This document shows positions 48,738-58,558 of a stretch of DNA of 64,000 nt, one piece after another (within the stretch, counting starts at the first letter, position 1; each line of letters opens with the position of its first letter). The notes beneath the pieces are model-generated. The model searched no databases, was not told the DNA's origin, and worked only from the letters and a program-made list of their open reading frames with translations. The stretch comes from an uncultured Hyphomicrobiaceae bacterium (lineage in GTDB: Bacteria; Pseudomonadota; Alphaproteobacteria; Rhizobiales; CAMYJA01): NCBI GenBank assembly GCA_947258705.1, contig CAMYJA010000002.1, positions 10,263-74,262 of the forward strand. Reading direction: 5' to 3'. Both the position numbers and the translations under genes were made by a program.

Positions 48738-49442
48738 ATGGAATTGACGCCCCGCCAACGCCTGATTGTCGCTCTCGACTTTCCGGACGTGGCGGCAGCG
48801 CGGCGCTGTATCGACGCACTGGGCGATGACGCCGGTTTTTATAAAATCGGTCTTGAACTGTTGTTCAATGGCGGTTCCGAGCTTGCGCGGGAACTGGCGG
48901 ATCAGGGCGGCTCGGTTTTTTTCGACGCCAAGCTTCTCGATATCGGCAATACGGTCGAACGTGCGGTTGCGAATATCGCGCGGCTTGGTGCGCGTTTCCT
49001 CACCGTTCACGGGACGGACGGTAAAACGATGCGTGCGGCAGTTGCCGGCCGCGGGACGAGCGATCTCAAGCTGCTCGCGGTTACCGTCATGACCAATCTC
49101 GACAAGGAGGACCTGAAAGAGCAGGGCATCGACTTGTCCCCGTCGGCGCTGGTTCTGGCACGCTCGAGAATGGCGCTTGATTGCGGCATGGACGGGATTG
49201 TGGCCTCTGCCCATGAGGCAGCCCTGTTGCGTCAGGAACTGGGCTCCGATTTTATTATTGTGACGCCGGGGATCCGGCCATCTGGCAGCCCGGTCGGCGA
49301 TCAATCGCGGATCATGACGCCTGAAGCGGCCATTGCGGCCGGGGCCGATTATCTGGTGGTGGGCCGTCCGATCACCCAGGCCGGCGATCCCAAATTGGCA
49401 GCCCGCGCGATTGTCGACGATATCGAACGCGCACGATCCTGA
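48738..49442 (+). CDS. pyrF: Orotidine 5'-phosphate decarboxylase
   Basis: It has the blocks LIVALDF, FFDAKLLDIGNT and LVVGRPI. Confidence 0.9.
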   Translation: MELTPRQRLIVALDFPDVAAARRCIDALGDDAGFYKIGLELLFNGGSELARELADQGGSVFFDAKLLDIGNTVERAVANIARLGARFLTVHGTDGKTMRAAVAGRGTSDLKLLAVTVMTNLDKEDLKEQGIDLSPSALVLARSRMALDCGMDGIVASAHEAALLRQELGSDFIIVTPGIRPSGSPVGDQSRIMTPEAAIAAGADYLVVGRPITQAGDPKLAARAIVDDIERARS

Positions 49443-49446
49443 TCGT

Positions 49447-50346
49447 TCAAATTTCCGGTATATCGATATTCGCCTGAATGCAGGCGGCGATCAGGCTGTT
49501 GCGCAGAAGACATGCGATGGTCATGGGGCCGACCCCGCCGGGAACGGGGGTAATGGCGCCGGCTATTTTGCGAGCAGCATCAAAATCGACATCGCCTACG
49601 AGACGGCCTCTCTCGCTGCCGTCGTCAATGCGGTTGATGCCGACATCGATGACAGTCGCGCCCGGTTTTACCCAATCTCCCTTGATCATCTCCGGACGGC
49701 CGACCGCGGCCACCAGAATGTCCGCTGTTTTGGTCAAGAGGGCGAGATCGCGGGTTTTCGAATGGGCGATGGTGACGGTGGCGTTCTCGTCGAGGAGTAG
49801 CTGGGCCACGGGCTTGCCGACGATGTTGGACCGGCCCACCACAACGGCATTCAATCCGGCCAGATCAGGGTTGACGGTTTTTGCCAGAATGATGCAGCCG
49901 AGCGGCGTGCAGGGCTTGAGAACGGCCTGTCCCGCGGCAAGCCTGCCAACATTAATGGGGTGGAAACCATCGACATCCTTCATGGGATCGATCGCCTCGA
50001 TGATGCGGTCTTCCCTGATATGCCCGGGCAGGGGAAGTTGCACCAAAATGCCGTGCACCTCATCGTTGCCGTTCAGGACTGTTATCAGGGCGATAAGGTC
50101 CGCTTCACCTGTCTCTTCGGGCAGACGGTGCTCAAAGGACTGCATGCCGGCCTTGACCGTCTGGCGGCCCTTATTGCGCACATAGACCTGGCTTGCCGGG
50201 TCCTCGCCGACGAGAATAACGGCCAGGCCGGGCGTGATCCCGTGTTGGGATTTGAGCTTTGCCGCGGCTTCTCCGACTTTTTTTCTCAAATCGGCAGCGA
50301 TTGCCTTGCCGTCGATAATTGTTGCTTCTGACATCTCAGCATCCAT
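49447..50346 (-). CDS. folD: Bifunctional methylenetetrahydrofolate dehydrogenase/cyclohydrolase
   Basis: It has the blocks [17 protein letters not shown] and [11 protein letters not shown]. Confidence 0.95.
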   Translation of the reverse strand: MDAEMSEATIIDGKAIAADLRKKVGEAAAKLKSQHGITPGLAVILVGEDPASQVYVRNKGRQTVKAGMQSFEHRLPEETGEADLIALITVLNGNDEVHGILVQLPLPGHIREDRIIEAIDPMKDVDGFHPINVGRLAAGQAVLKPCTPLGCIILAKTVNPDLAGLNAVVVGRSNIVGKPVAQLLLDENATVTIAHSKTRDLALLTKTADILVAAVGRPEMIKGDWVKPGATVIDVGINRIDDGSERGRLVGDVDFDAARKIAGAITPVPGGVGPMTIACLLRNSLIAACIQANIDIPEI

Positions 50347-50352
50347 GTATTG

Positions 50353-50676
50353 TCAATATGACATATCCTCATATTGGCTTTGCAACCGGGTGTAGAGATC
50401 GCCCGAATCGGTGCCGAACTCAATCGTTTTGATGCGGAATTGCCCATCTGATTTCAGCATCATTGCGGATTTCGGAAACTGCAGCCATTTTGCCACTCGT
50501 TCGCTCAGGGCCGCGTTGGTTTTTCCCTTTTGCCGCAGGGCGCGCGGGGCCTTGAAATGCGGGCCCATCGACCCCGTTTCCACTGCGAATGTTTCATTGC
50601 TGCATGAACCCGGGGTGAGGCGCAGAAGCAGCTGCAGGTCCTTCAATGTTTTGAGAGTTGGCGTGGCGCGGTTCAA
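50353..50676 (-). CDS. DUF167 (YggU-like) protein
   Basis: The segment LRLTPGS..KGKTNAAL..WLQFPKSAMMLKSDGQFRIKTI fits the DUF167 pattern (PxKGKAN..l.v.ks.v.l.sG..sR.K.i). It lies immediately downstream of yggT. Confidence 0.65.
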   Translation of the reverse strand: MNRATPTLKTLKDLQLLLRLTPGSCSNETFAVETGSMGPHFKAPRALRQKGKTNAALSERVAKWLQFPKSAMMLKSDGQFRIKTIEFGTDSGDLYTRLQSQYEDMSY

Positions 50677-50678
50677 GC

Positions 50679-50978
50679 TCAGCCCACAAACATCAGGCCG
50701 CCGCCGAAATATTCGCGCAGCAGATTTTGGACGAATATCAATCCCAATATGAGCACGATGGGCGAAACGTCGATACCGCCCAGATTGGGCAGGATATTGC
50801 GTATTGGCCTCAGAAGCGGCTCCGTCAAGCCATCGAGTGTGCGTGCGACCGTGTAGACGAACTGGTTGTGCAGATTAATGACATTGAAAGCGATGAGCCA
50901 GCTAAGAATGGCGCTGGCGATTATGATCCAGATATAGAGATTGATAATCTGGGTGATGAGTAACAGCATTGATTGCAT
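50679..50978 (-). CDS. YggT-family membrane protein
   Basis: 99 aa with two TM helices and the block [25 protein letters not shown], typical of YggT. Confidence 0.85.
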   Translation of the reverse strand: MQSMLLLITQIINLYIWIIIASAILSWLIAFNVINLHNQFVYTVARTLDGLTEPLLRPIRNILPNLGGIDVSPIVLILGLIFVQNLLREYFGGGLMFVG

Positions 50979-51141
50979 GTGCCCTGTCCGCGTGCTTTGA
51001 TTCCAAGCCTAGGATGTAGACGGGTCGGGACGTCTATTCAAGGGCATCGTCATAATCATCCCGCAGTGAAAGCCGGGTTTTTCATGGATACGCTGCGTTT
51101 TCTGACCGGAGCTGGCGCAGCACGTTTGAATATCTGTTGAC

Positions 51142-51217
<76 letters not shown>

Positions 51218-51237
51218 TTTACCCGCATCCGGCAGTC

Positions 51238-52899
51238 CTAGATTGTGCAGGTCAGGCGCTGCAGCTGATCGATCAGAACCCTTTTGTTTTCCGAATAGTC
51301 GATCGGCGCCTCGATAAGATGGACACCGCCCGCCTCGAAGCAGCTTTCGAGCAATGGCTGAAAGCTTTCCGCGGATTCGACCCTGTGACCTGACGCGCCA
51401 TAGGACTTCGCATAAGCCACAAAATCGGGATTGCCGAATTCCAGGCCCCAGTCGGGTAGTTCCTGTACGGCCTGCTTCCAGCGGATCATGCCGTATGAAT
51501 CGTCCCTGAGCACGAGGACGACGAGGTTCAAATTCAGCCTCACGGCGGTTTCCATTTCCTGGCTGTTCATCATGAAGCCGCCATCGCCGCATATGGCCAT
51601 TACGGAGCGGTCCGGATGAAGCATGGCGGCCATCATGGCGGAGGGGAGGCCAGCACCCATTGTGGCGAGGGCATTGTCGAGCAGAATGGTGTCCGGTTCA
51701 TAAGCGCGGTAATTTCGGGCAAACCAGATTTTATACATGCCGTTGTCGAGCGCTATAATGCCGTTTTCCGGGACCGCCTTGCGGACATCGGCAACCAGCC
51801 GCTGTGGCGAGATCGGGAAACGCGGATCGTCGCTGCCGTCCTCAATATGGCCGATAACCTCTTCGCGGATTTTGTCAAAATACGAAAAATCATGGGCATC
51901 GCTTGGCTCGCAAAGCGCGGACAGGCGCTCGAATGTCGAGGCTACGTCACCGATGAGTTCGAGTTGCGGAAAATAGACCTCGTCGACTTCGGCCGACTTG
52001 AAGTTGACATGAATGACTTTCTGGGCGCCCTGCTCCATGAAAAAGGGCGGCTTTTCAACCACATCGTGCCCGGCATTGATAATCAGGTCCGCCCGGTCGA
52101 TGGCGCAATGGAGATAGTCGCCCTCCGACAGCGCGGCGGTTCCGATATATTGCGGGTGAAAGCCGCTGATGACGCCCTTGCCCATCTGGGTGTTGAAAAA
52201 GGGAATGCCGGTTTTGTCGACAAACAGCCTGAGGGCATGAATGATTTTCTTGCGGTTGCTGCCGGCACCGACAAGAAGCAGCGGGTGTTTGGCGTCGTGG
52301 ATCATCTGCACCGCCGAATTCAATGCCTGCTTGTCGCAGTCGGGCCGCCTGATTTCATTGACTTCGAAAAGATCCACATCCTCGGCGTCGAAGGCTGCTA
52401 TGTCTTCGGGCAATTCCAGATGGACGGCGCCGGGGCGCTCTTCCTCGGCCAGACGGAAAGCCTCGCGTACGAGGCCCGGAATGGTGCTGGGCGCGACGAT
52501 CTGGTGCGCTAATTTTGTGATGGGCTGCATCATGGCGACGATATCAACGATCTGAAACCTACCCTGCTTGCTCTTGGTGATCGGCTTCTGGCCGGTGATC
52601 ATCAGCATCGGCATGGCGCCGAGTTGCGCGTAAGCCGCGGCGGTGACGAGATTGGTGGCGCCGGGGCCGAGGGTGGCGAGGCAAACGCCGGTTTTTCCCG
52701 TCAGGCGGCCATAGGTGGCTGCCATGAAACCGGCCCCCTGTTCATGGCGTGTCAGGACGAGCTTTATCTTCGAGTTGCGCAGGCTTTCGAGAAAATCGAG
52801 ATTTTCCTCACCGGGTACGCCGAAAACATATTCGACATTTTCATTTTCGAGGGCGCGGACAAACAGATCGGAGGCTTTGATTTTATCGAAATGTCTCAT
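51238..52899 (-). CDS. Thiamine-diphosphate enzyme of the acetolactate synthase (AlsS-like) family
   Basis: The blocks YVFGVPGEENL.., RHEQGAGFMA and the TPP-binding GDGGFMMNSQE are present. The ATG at 52899 follows AGGAG by 8 nt. The track start at 52929 is TTG. Confidence 0.8.
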   Translation of the reverse strand: MRHFDKIKASDLFVRALENENVEYVFGVPGEENLDFLESLRNSKIKLVLTRHEQGAGFMAATYGRLTGKTGVCLATLGPGATNLVTAAAYAQLGAMPMLMITGQKPITKSKQGRFQIVDIVAMMQPITKLAHQIVAPSTIPGLVREAFRLAEEERPGAVHLELPEDIAAFDAEDVDLFEVNEIRRPDCDKQALNSAVQMIHDAKHPLLLVGAGSNRKKIIHALRLFVDKTGIPFFNTQMGKGVISGFHPQYIGTAALSEGDYLHCAIDRADLIINAGHDVVEKPPFFMEQGAQKVIHVNFKSAEVDEVYFPQLELIGDVASTFERLSALCEPSDAHDFSYFDKIREEVIGHIEDGSDDPRFPISPQRLVADVRKAVPENGIIALDNGMYKIWFARNYRAYEPDTILLDNALATMGAGLPSAMMAAMLHPDRSVMAICGDGGFMMNSQEMETAVRLNLNLVVLVLRDDSYGMIRWKQAVQELPDWGLEFGNPDFVAYAKSYGASGHRVESAESFQPLLESCFEAGGVHLIEAPIDYSENKRVLIDQLQRLTCTI

Positions 52900-52944
52900 G
52901 GCGATCGCTCCTGTACGCAAGTGACGCAATATTTCTTCTTACCT

Positions 52945-53001
52945 AATAAATCAGGACTGGCCCAATAAGTTAGGACTGGCCTATTAAGTCACGACTAGCG
53001 C
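52945..53001. repeat. Three tandem imperfect 19-nt direct repeats upstream of the TPP-enzyme gene
   Basis: The units are AATAAATCAGGACTGGCCC, AATAAGTTAGGACTGGCCT and ATTAAGTCACGACTAGCGC. They are head-to-tail and lie 46-102 nt upstream of ATG 52899. Confidence 0.85.
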
Positions 53002-53277
53002 CGGTCGTTAAGAGGGAAAAGCACAGGACACGGAATTGTTATGGCCTGTTGACATGTTCGAACCCGGTGGGCGGGTGGCACAAGACTGTAATACCGTGCC
53101 GCCAACTGGTGCATCAGGACCGATCATTCTTGGTATCATACGGAATGCGCGGCAGGGCGCGTGCGTGATTTTTCGCACCGCCGAAGAACCCGGTCTGCTT
53201 CCTGGTCGTGGTGCATTCTGACTTAGGGGATGTCGCTGCCGCCGCTGCCGTTGAAATCCCGGCTGCATTGGACGGCC

Positions 53278-53730
53278 TTAAAGCCCGGCCTGAACTTTCT
53301 TTTTGATGCGTATGCGGTCGCGCGTCGAGACGCCGAGGAGTTCTGCCGACCGCCAAACGAGATTGCTTTCGAACTCATGAACGATGCCGTCCGCGAAGGT
53401 TACCTGCCAGAGCATTTCGACGATTTTCTGGCGGCCTTCCTGGTCGAGCTCGCGGGCCAGTACGCTCGTGAAACCGTATATGTCGACCGCGTCCCGCTCC
53501 TCTTTTTCGGCGCTGGCCAGGAGCGCCGACAGATCCTTGGCAGAAAGGGAGAAGCGGTCCTTCAATATCTTTTTCAGCTTGTCCTGCTCCTCCTCGGAAT
53601 AGTCGCCATCGACAACGGAGACATGCACGAGCAGAGCTGCTGCGGCCAGTTGAACTTCCTGTTCGCTCAAAGCCCTAACCTGCTGGGTAACGGATTTCGG
53701 TGACAGGTATTCGAGAATTTTTTCAAACAT
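53278..53730 (-). CDS. TerB-family (tellurite-resistance-like) protein
   Basis: MFEKILEYL..AAALLVHVSVVDGDYSEEEQDKL..MLWQVTFADGIVHEFE is the TerB helical repeat pattern. The start is set at ATG 53730 because the track extension to 53883 runs into the tRNA-Thr gene. Confidence 0.75.
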   Translation of the reverse strand: MFEKILEYLSPKSVTQQVRALSEQEVQLAAAALLVHVSVVDGDYSEEEQDKLKKILKDRFSLSAKDLSALLASAEKEERDAVDIYGFTSVLARELDQEGRQKIVEMLWQVTFADGIVHEFESNLVWRSAELLGVSTRDRIRIKKKVQAGL

Positions 53731-53844
53731 GCTCTGAGCGCTCGCAGATCTTTCATAACTCCAAAGGATTATACAACATAGAAATGGCCGGGTTTTAAAA
53801 CAAGCCCTGGCCTGTTGCGTGGCGGGCGGGGTCGGCAGAGGAAA

Positions 53845-53920
53845 TGGTGCCGCATGGGTGACTTGAACACCCGACCCCATCATTACGAATGATGTGCTCT
53901 ACCAGCTGAGCTAATGCGGC
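53845..53920 (-). tRNA. tRNA-Thr (anticodon CGU)
   Basis: The reverse complement folds as a cloverleaf. The acceptor is GCCGCAT/ATGCGGC, the anticodon loop is TTCGTAA, the T-loop is TTCAAGT, and CCA is encoded. Confidence 0.93.
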
Positions 53921-53985
53921 ATGGCTCAGAGACATAAACGCTGATTTGCCTCATTGCAATATATCGGATGCCCGGTTTTTGGCGA

Positions 53986-55869
53986 TCAGTCGATCTGATC
54001 GGGGCCCGGGTCATCGGGTGGACGTGGAGAGACGAAAATACGCGGCTCGGACGTCGGTGCGATTTCCGGGCTGGGTGGCGGCAGCGAGCGCAGCCGTTGT
54101 GGCAGCTCTTCGCCTGCCTCTTCACTTTTGGCGGGTGGCGTTCCTGCTTTCTTATCCGCTTTCTGGGTGGCTTTCTTGCCAGCCTCCATTGAAGCGGATT
54201 TCGCCTGAGAGCCGGACGACGCGGCAGCGGCAGTCGCGGCCATGGCTGCACCCGACACAGGTTTTCCGGCGCTTTCTGTCTGATCGTCGAGAACGATTGG
54301 TCGGTCGCTGCGTTCTTCTAGCGGACTGGCGGCGGCTTCGCTTTCATCCAAAGCCTTGGTATCGACCTTTTCATCTCTTTCAATGCCGTCCGCTTGGCCT
54401 TCCATGTCGGTTTCTTCCGATTCTTCGACTTTTTGCCCTGCCTGGTTTGTCAGAGCGTCGACCGCGGTCCCTTCGTCACGGCCATCGCCCGATGCCGTTA
54501 TCGTATCGGCGGGCTTGACCTCGATCAGTGCGTCGGCTGCGAGCACGTTGAGCTTTTCAAGCAAGCGGTTGCTGTCTTTTTCCTCCATGCTGTCGACGGG
54601 AACCTGCCAGTCGAAACTATCGAGTTCTCCGGTGATTGGTGATATCGGCGACCAATGCTCGGAAATATAACCATCCGCCGTCCAGGCCGGATCGCGGGGT
54701 GCATGAACGGCCCGGGCCAGCCATTCGCGAACGCGGCCCTTGTCGCCAAACTGACCACCCTCGATATGCGCCATCAAAATGCATGTTCGCGCTGTCAGGC
54801 GTTTTTCCAAAAGCGGTTCAAGCGCTTCACGGGCGGTTTCCCAGGCATGCGCCTCGATGGCCGCGTCGGCTATGGAAATCGGGCTTTCGAGACTGTTCGG
54901 CGCCCGGCTTGCCAGCTCCTTGACGCGGTTGAGGCGGTCGTTCGGTGAATCTCCGGGTCTGGCGAAAGCGTAAGTCCGGGCCAGGTCGGGATGCGGAGAC
55001 AGTTTCCATGTCTTTTGTATAATCTTCGCCGCCTTGGCTGTGTTGCCCTGGGAGGCGAGGATGCGCCCGGCAATATCGGCTGCCGGAACGAGGTCGGGCG
55101 CCAGCTTGTGCGCTTCCAATGCGAGGGTCAATGCCTCGTCCATATTTTCGTCTTCGCGCTCGCCGGCCTGGGCTGTGAGCAAAACCGCGCGCCTGCGGCC
55201 GAACAGGTTTTTGTCAACATGGCCCTGTTTTCTGGCAATGGAGAGGGTTTTTAATGCATCGCTCCAGCTGCCCATGCGGCTTTGCAAGTCGAAAAGCGCA
55301 TTTGCGGACCATTCGAGCGAGGGATTGAGACGGAGTGCGCGTTCGGCGAACTGGCGGGCGGGTTCGAGTTCATTTTCCTTCTTTGCCTCGAGAAAAAGGC
55401 CGCGCAGACCGAGGAGTTCGGTTTCCGGCGATGACAGCATGGATTCGTAAATGCGCCGCGCCGTGCCCCGATCGCCGCTGATCTGGGCCGTTTGGGCGCG
55501 TAGAAGATCGGTGAGAGGTTCGTTGGGGAGGGCGCGTTTGGCCTGGCTGGAGAAGCGCTGGGCCAAAGCGCGGTCGCCAGCGCCCAGTGCTATCATTCCG
55601 GCGGAAATCGCGTCCATTCCCCTGCTTTTCTTGCGCTGCGTGAAATAGTCCGAAATCATGGCCGGGGTGGAGATCAGGTTCCGTAAAAGCGACCAGAGCA
55701 CCAACAGGAAAGCGGTTAGCAAGCCTGCGAATACCAGAGCCGTGAAGAGGCTCGTCTCGATCTCGTAATCCTGCCATTGAATCACCATGGCTCCGGGGCG
55801 ATCTGCAAACCAGGCAAAGCCAAGCGATATCAGCAAGACAAACGCAAAGAATATCAAAAGACGGATCAT
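53986..55869 (-). CDS. hemY: HemY-like protein (HemY_N plus TPR) with a long acidic, low-complexity C-terminal extension
   Basis: The N-terminus MIRLLIFFAFVLLISLGFAWFADRPG..WQDYEIETS has two TM helices. TPR-like helical repeats follow. Its ATG overlaps the upstream gene's stop (ATGA). Confidence 0.8.
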   Translation of the reverse strand: MIRLLIFFAFVLLISLGFAWFADRPGAMVIQWQDYEIETSLFTALVFAGLLTAFLLVLWSLLRNLISTPAMISDYFTQRKKSRGMDAISAGMIALGAGDRALAQRFSSQAKRALPNEPLTDLLRAQTAQISGDRGTARRIYESMLSSPETELLGLRGLFLEAKKENELEPARQFAERALRLNPSLEWSANALFDLQSRMGSWSDALKTLSIARKQGHVDKNLFGRRRAVLLTAQAGEREDENMDEALTLALEAHKLAPDLVPAADIAGRILASQGNTAKAAKIIQKTWKLSPHPDLARTYAFARPGDSPNDRLNRVKELASRAPNSLESPISIADAAIEAHAWETAREALEPLLEKRLTARTCILMAHIEGGQFGDKGRVREWLARAVHAPRDPAWTADGYISEHWSPISPITGELDSFDWQVPVDSMEEKDSNRLLEKLNVLAADALIEVKPADTITASGDGRDEGTAVDALTNQAGQKVEESEETDMEGQADGIERDEKVDTKALDESEAAASPLEERSDRPIVLDDQTESAGKPVSGAAMAATAAAASSGSQAKSASMEAGKKATQKADKKAGTPPAKSEEAGEELPQRLRSLPPPSPEIAPTSEPRIFVSPRPPDDPGPDQID

Positions 55870-57653
55870 TGCGCAGGCCTCCCGTTAATTTTCACAGGGG
55901 GGGTGGTTGCAGGTGCGCTGAGCGAGGATTTGAACTGATTTTCCAGGTGTGCGAGCCCGCTGTCAATTGTGTGTCGGGCCTCGACCTGACTGAGCCATTT
56001 TTCGGCCGGCTCGCGTATGGTGGGCTGGAGTTTTTTAGCCTCGGTGAGCACGGCTTCGAGATTGCCCGCCTTCAGGCGTGCCTCCATGCGGGCCAACACG
56101 GCCTCGGCACTATCGCCCTCGGTCTCGCCCGTTCTGCGAATTCTCACTATGTTTGTGGCATTTGAGATTATGCGGTCGAGAACCGTGCTTTCCTCCTTGC
56201 CGGATGCGCGCGAAAGGATTTTGGCTATGAGGGGGCGAAACCCTTCCTGCAGGGAGACTAGCGTCAGGGTCGCGCCCGTTTTGTAATTCTCCAAACCGGC
56301 CAGATTATAATCGCCGCCGGCGAGTTGTCTGATCTCGCCGAGTTCCCGCTCGAAAGACGCGCCCTTCTCTATGGCGCGTTTCAAATTGGCCAGCTCAAGG
56401 GACAGGAGTACGCGTTTGGCGTTTTCGCGCTGTTCCGTCTCGCGCTCGCCGATGGCGTCTATCTTCGCGGCCAGAGCGGCCATTTTCCGTTCGATCGCCG
56501 ACATTTCGGATTTCACGGTTTCTGCCTTTGCAACACCTTCAGATTGCGTCCTGATGTCCGATTTCAGCGTTGCAAATTGCGCCGCCAGACGTGCCGAGGC
56601 GTCGCTCAGATCATCAAGCTTTCGCTGCAGGTTTTCAGTGGCCGCCTTGACGTCCGCCAGGTTTTGACCGGATTTCTTTTCATCCTTGTAAATAATATTT
56701 TTCAGGGCTTCGAAATCGATCCCGAGGCGTTTATTGGCTGCTTTCAGGGTCTCGATGGCTGTTATCATAGCCTCGTCATTGGAGGGTCTCGCCTGCAAAT
56801 CCTGATCGATGCTTTTGCGCAATCCCTCGATTTTCGTGTCGAGCATGGCCTCGAAATCGTTGATGCGGCCAACAAGCGCCGCGAATTCCGCGACATTCGC
56901 TCCATCGGGTTTGTTCGCCGCGGTGGCAATGGCGGCGATGGTGTCTTCAAAGCGGCGCAAGCGCGATTTGATCTCGGCCGGAATTTCAGGAGCGGCACGC
57001 TTGTCGGCGATCTGGCTTGTCAGGCCGGTCATGGCCTGTTCCGCCTTGTCCGTCCGGGCGTTTAACGCCTTGACCGCGGTTTTTACCTCGCCGCTTGACG
57101 CGTCGATAGCATCCATGCGCTTTTCGAATGCCGCCAGGCTGGCCAGCTTTGCTTCGAGGTCCTCTATCCGGCGGCTGAGTTCCGTATTCGCGCCCGCTGC
57201 GATTTCAGCGGAAAAATCGTTGCGGTCCAGCCCTGGAAGCCAGCTCTGCAACAAGTAGGCGCCGGTGAGTGCAAGTGCCCCGCCGGCCAGCCCAGCAAAT
57301 AAATAATTGGCGATAGCGCCACCGCCGCCATCGCCGCCGCCGTTCGATGATTTCGCGCCAGGTGGCGGTGCTGGTTTTTTGGGTGGCAGTCCGGATTTTT
57401 TCGGGCCGGAAGCCGAAGCAGGGCCGGTGGAGGATTTTATCGTCCTGGATTTTGCTGCAGCTTTATCGTCTGCGCCTTTATCTGCTGGTTTGTCGGCAGA
57501 TTTGTCCGCAGCCATACGGGGGGGATTTTTTTTCGCCGCCTCATCCGTCACATCGGTTGCCTTGAGGTCGAGGGTAGCTGCCGGACGGCGCTTTTTTGAT
57601 GCCGCTCCGGTGGGACCGGTTGCAGTTTTCCGTGTCGGTTTTTTTGGTGCCAT
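55866..57653 (-). CDS. Alphaproteobacterial Mic60/mitofilin-like coiled-coil membrane protein
   Basis: A basic Pro/Ala/Lys-rich N-terminus precedes one TM helix (AIANYLFAGLAGGALALTGAYLL). About 350 aa of coiled coil follow. The C-terminal domain (..AEAVLARMEARLKAGNLEAVLTEAKKL..AEKWLSQVEARHTIDSGL) is mitofilin-like. The gene sits between hemD and hemY. The ATG at 57653 follows GGGAGG. Confidence 0.7.
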   Translation of the reverse strand: MAPKKPTRKTATGPTGAASKKRRPAATLDLKATDVTDEAAKKNPPRMAADKSADKPADKGADDKAAAKSRTIKSSTGPASASGPKKSGLPPKKPAPPPGAKSSNGGGDGGGGAIANYLFAGLAGGALALTGAYLLQSWLPGLDRNDFSAEIAAGANTELSRRIEDLEAKLASLAAFEKRMDAIDASSGEVKTAVKALNARTDKAEQAMTGLTSQIADKRAAPEIPAEIKSRLRRFEDTIAAIATAANKPDGANVAEFAALVGRINDFEAMLDTKIEGLRKSIDQDLQARPSNDEAMITAIETLKAANKRLGIDFEALKNIIYKDEKKSGQNLADVKAATENLQRKLDDLSDASARLAAQFATLKSDIRTQSEGVAKAETVKSEMSAIERKMAALAAKIDAIGERETEQRENAKRVLLSLELANLKRAIEKGASFERELGEIRQLAGGDYNLAGLENYKTGATLTLVSLQEGFRPLIAKILSRASGKEESTVLDRIISNATNIVRIRRTGETEGDSAEAVLARMEARLKAGNLEAVLTEAKKLQPTIREPAEKWLSQVEARHTIDSGLAHLENQFKSSLSAPATTPPVKINGRPAQ

Positions 57654-57832
57654 GGATTCAGGGCCTCCCGGCAAATATTCTTTATCAATACTGAATGGAT
57701 GTGGGGGATATTTTTAGCCGTTCCGGCTGTCAATTTACCATTCTTTGTCTGTCACCGATTGTCGCACAATTTATGGCAGTTCGGGCTTTGGACTAGATGT
57801 TATGACGTATAATGCTGACTTTCCAAGACAAA

Positions 57833-58558
57833 TTATGATTTATATTCGTTTATTGCCTCGATCATAGCGGAAATATTGGGAACTTTTGCCAGGCGGACGT
57901 ACCGGTCCGGTACGTCGTTCAGCCTTTTTGCCGTATTTTCGGATAAACAGAAATAGATGAGCTTCTGTCGCGCCCGGGTCAAATCATGTTTTGTCAGAAG
58001 GCTTGAAAAGACCGCCGCGGTTCTCGGGGAGAGCAGGATCACAGCATCGATATCGCCCGAGGTGAGCCCCGTTTTAGCCGCCTCGGTGAGATCGTCGCAG
58101 GGCCTGGTTTCATAGAGAAGGGCGCGCGTAACTTCAAATCCCTCATTGGCCAGATTGCCCTGCATGTCAAAAGCCACATGCGCCCCGGTCAGATAGAGAA
58201 GCGGACCGTCGGAGGGACTGCATTGTTCAATTATTGTAGGGGCCAGAGATTTCGCGTCCCGGGCCGATGCCATTATTTTCTCAAAACCGGCATGCCTGGC
58301 GGCATCGGTGGTCGCAGACCCTACGGCAAAGAGCGGCTTTTGATAGAGCGCCGCCGCGTCTGGATGATTTTCGAGTGCGCGCACCGCGTTCCGGCTGGTA
58401 ATCACTACCGCATGAATTTTATCGGTTTCGAGGTCAGGCGGTTCTTTAAACGCGATCTTCAACAGGGGTGATATTGTGCAATGGTGGCCCTCGCCTTCGA
58501 GGCGTCCGGCAAATTCCCGTGCGTCGCGTTCGGGGCGCGTTACGAGGAGATGCATCAC
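57833..58558 (-). CDS. hemD: Uroporphyrinogen-III synthase
   Basis: 241 aa with the HEM4-family pattern (LLVTRPE.., VVITSRNAV). Its start overlaps the hemC stop. Confidence 0.8.
   Translation of the reverse strand: MMHLLVTRPERDAREFAGRLEGEGHHCTISPLLKIAFKEPPDLETDKIHAVVITSRNAVRALENHPDAAALYQKPLFAVGSATTDAARHAGFEKIMASARDAKSLAPTIIEQCSPSDGPLLYLTGAHVAFDMQGNLANEGFEVTRALLYETRPCDDLTEAAKTGLTSGDIDAVILLSPRTAAVFSSLLTKHDLTRARQKLIYFCLSENTAKRLNDVPDRYVRLAKVPNISAMIEAINEYKS

Noticed and set aside
53731-53883. The track extends the TerB-family ORF at its N-terminus to 53883.
   Set aside because: The extension overlaps the tRNA-Thr gene (53845-53920). It encodes non-homologous Pro/Cys-rich sequence. The internal ATG at 53730 (MFEKILEYL) gives a typical ~150-aa TerB protein.
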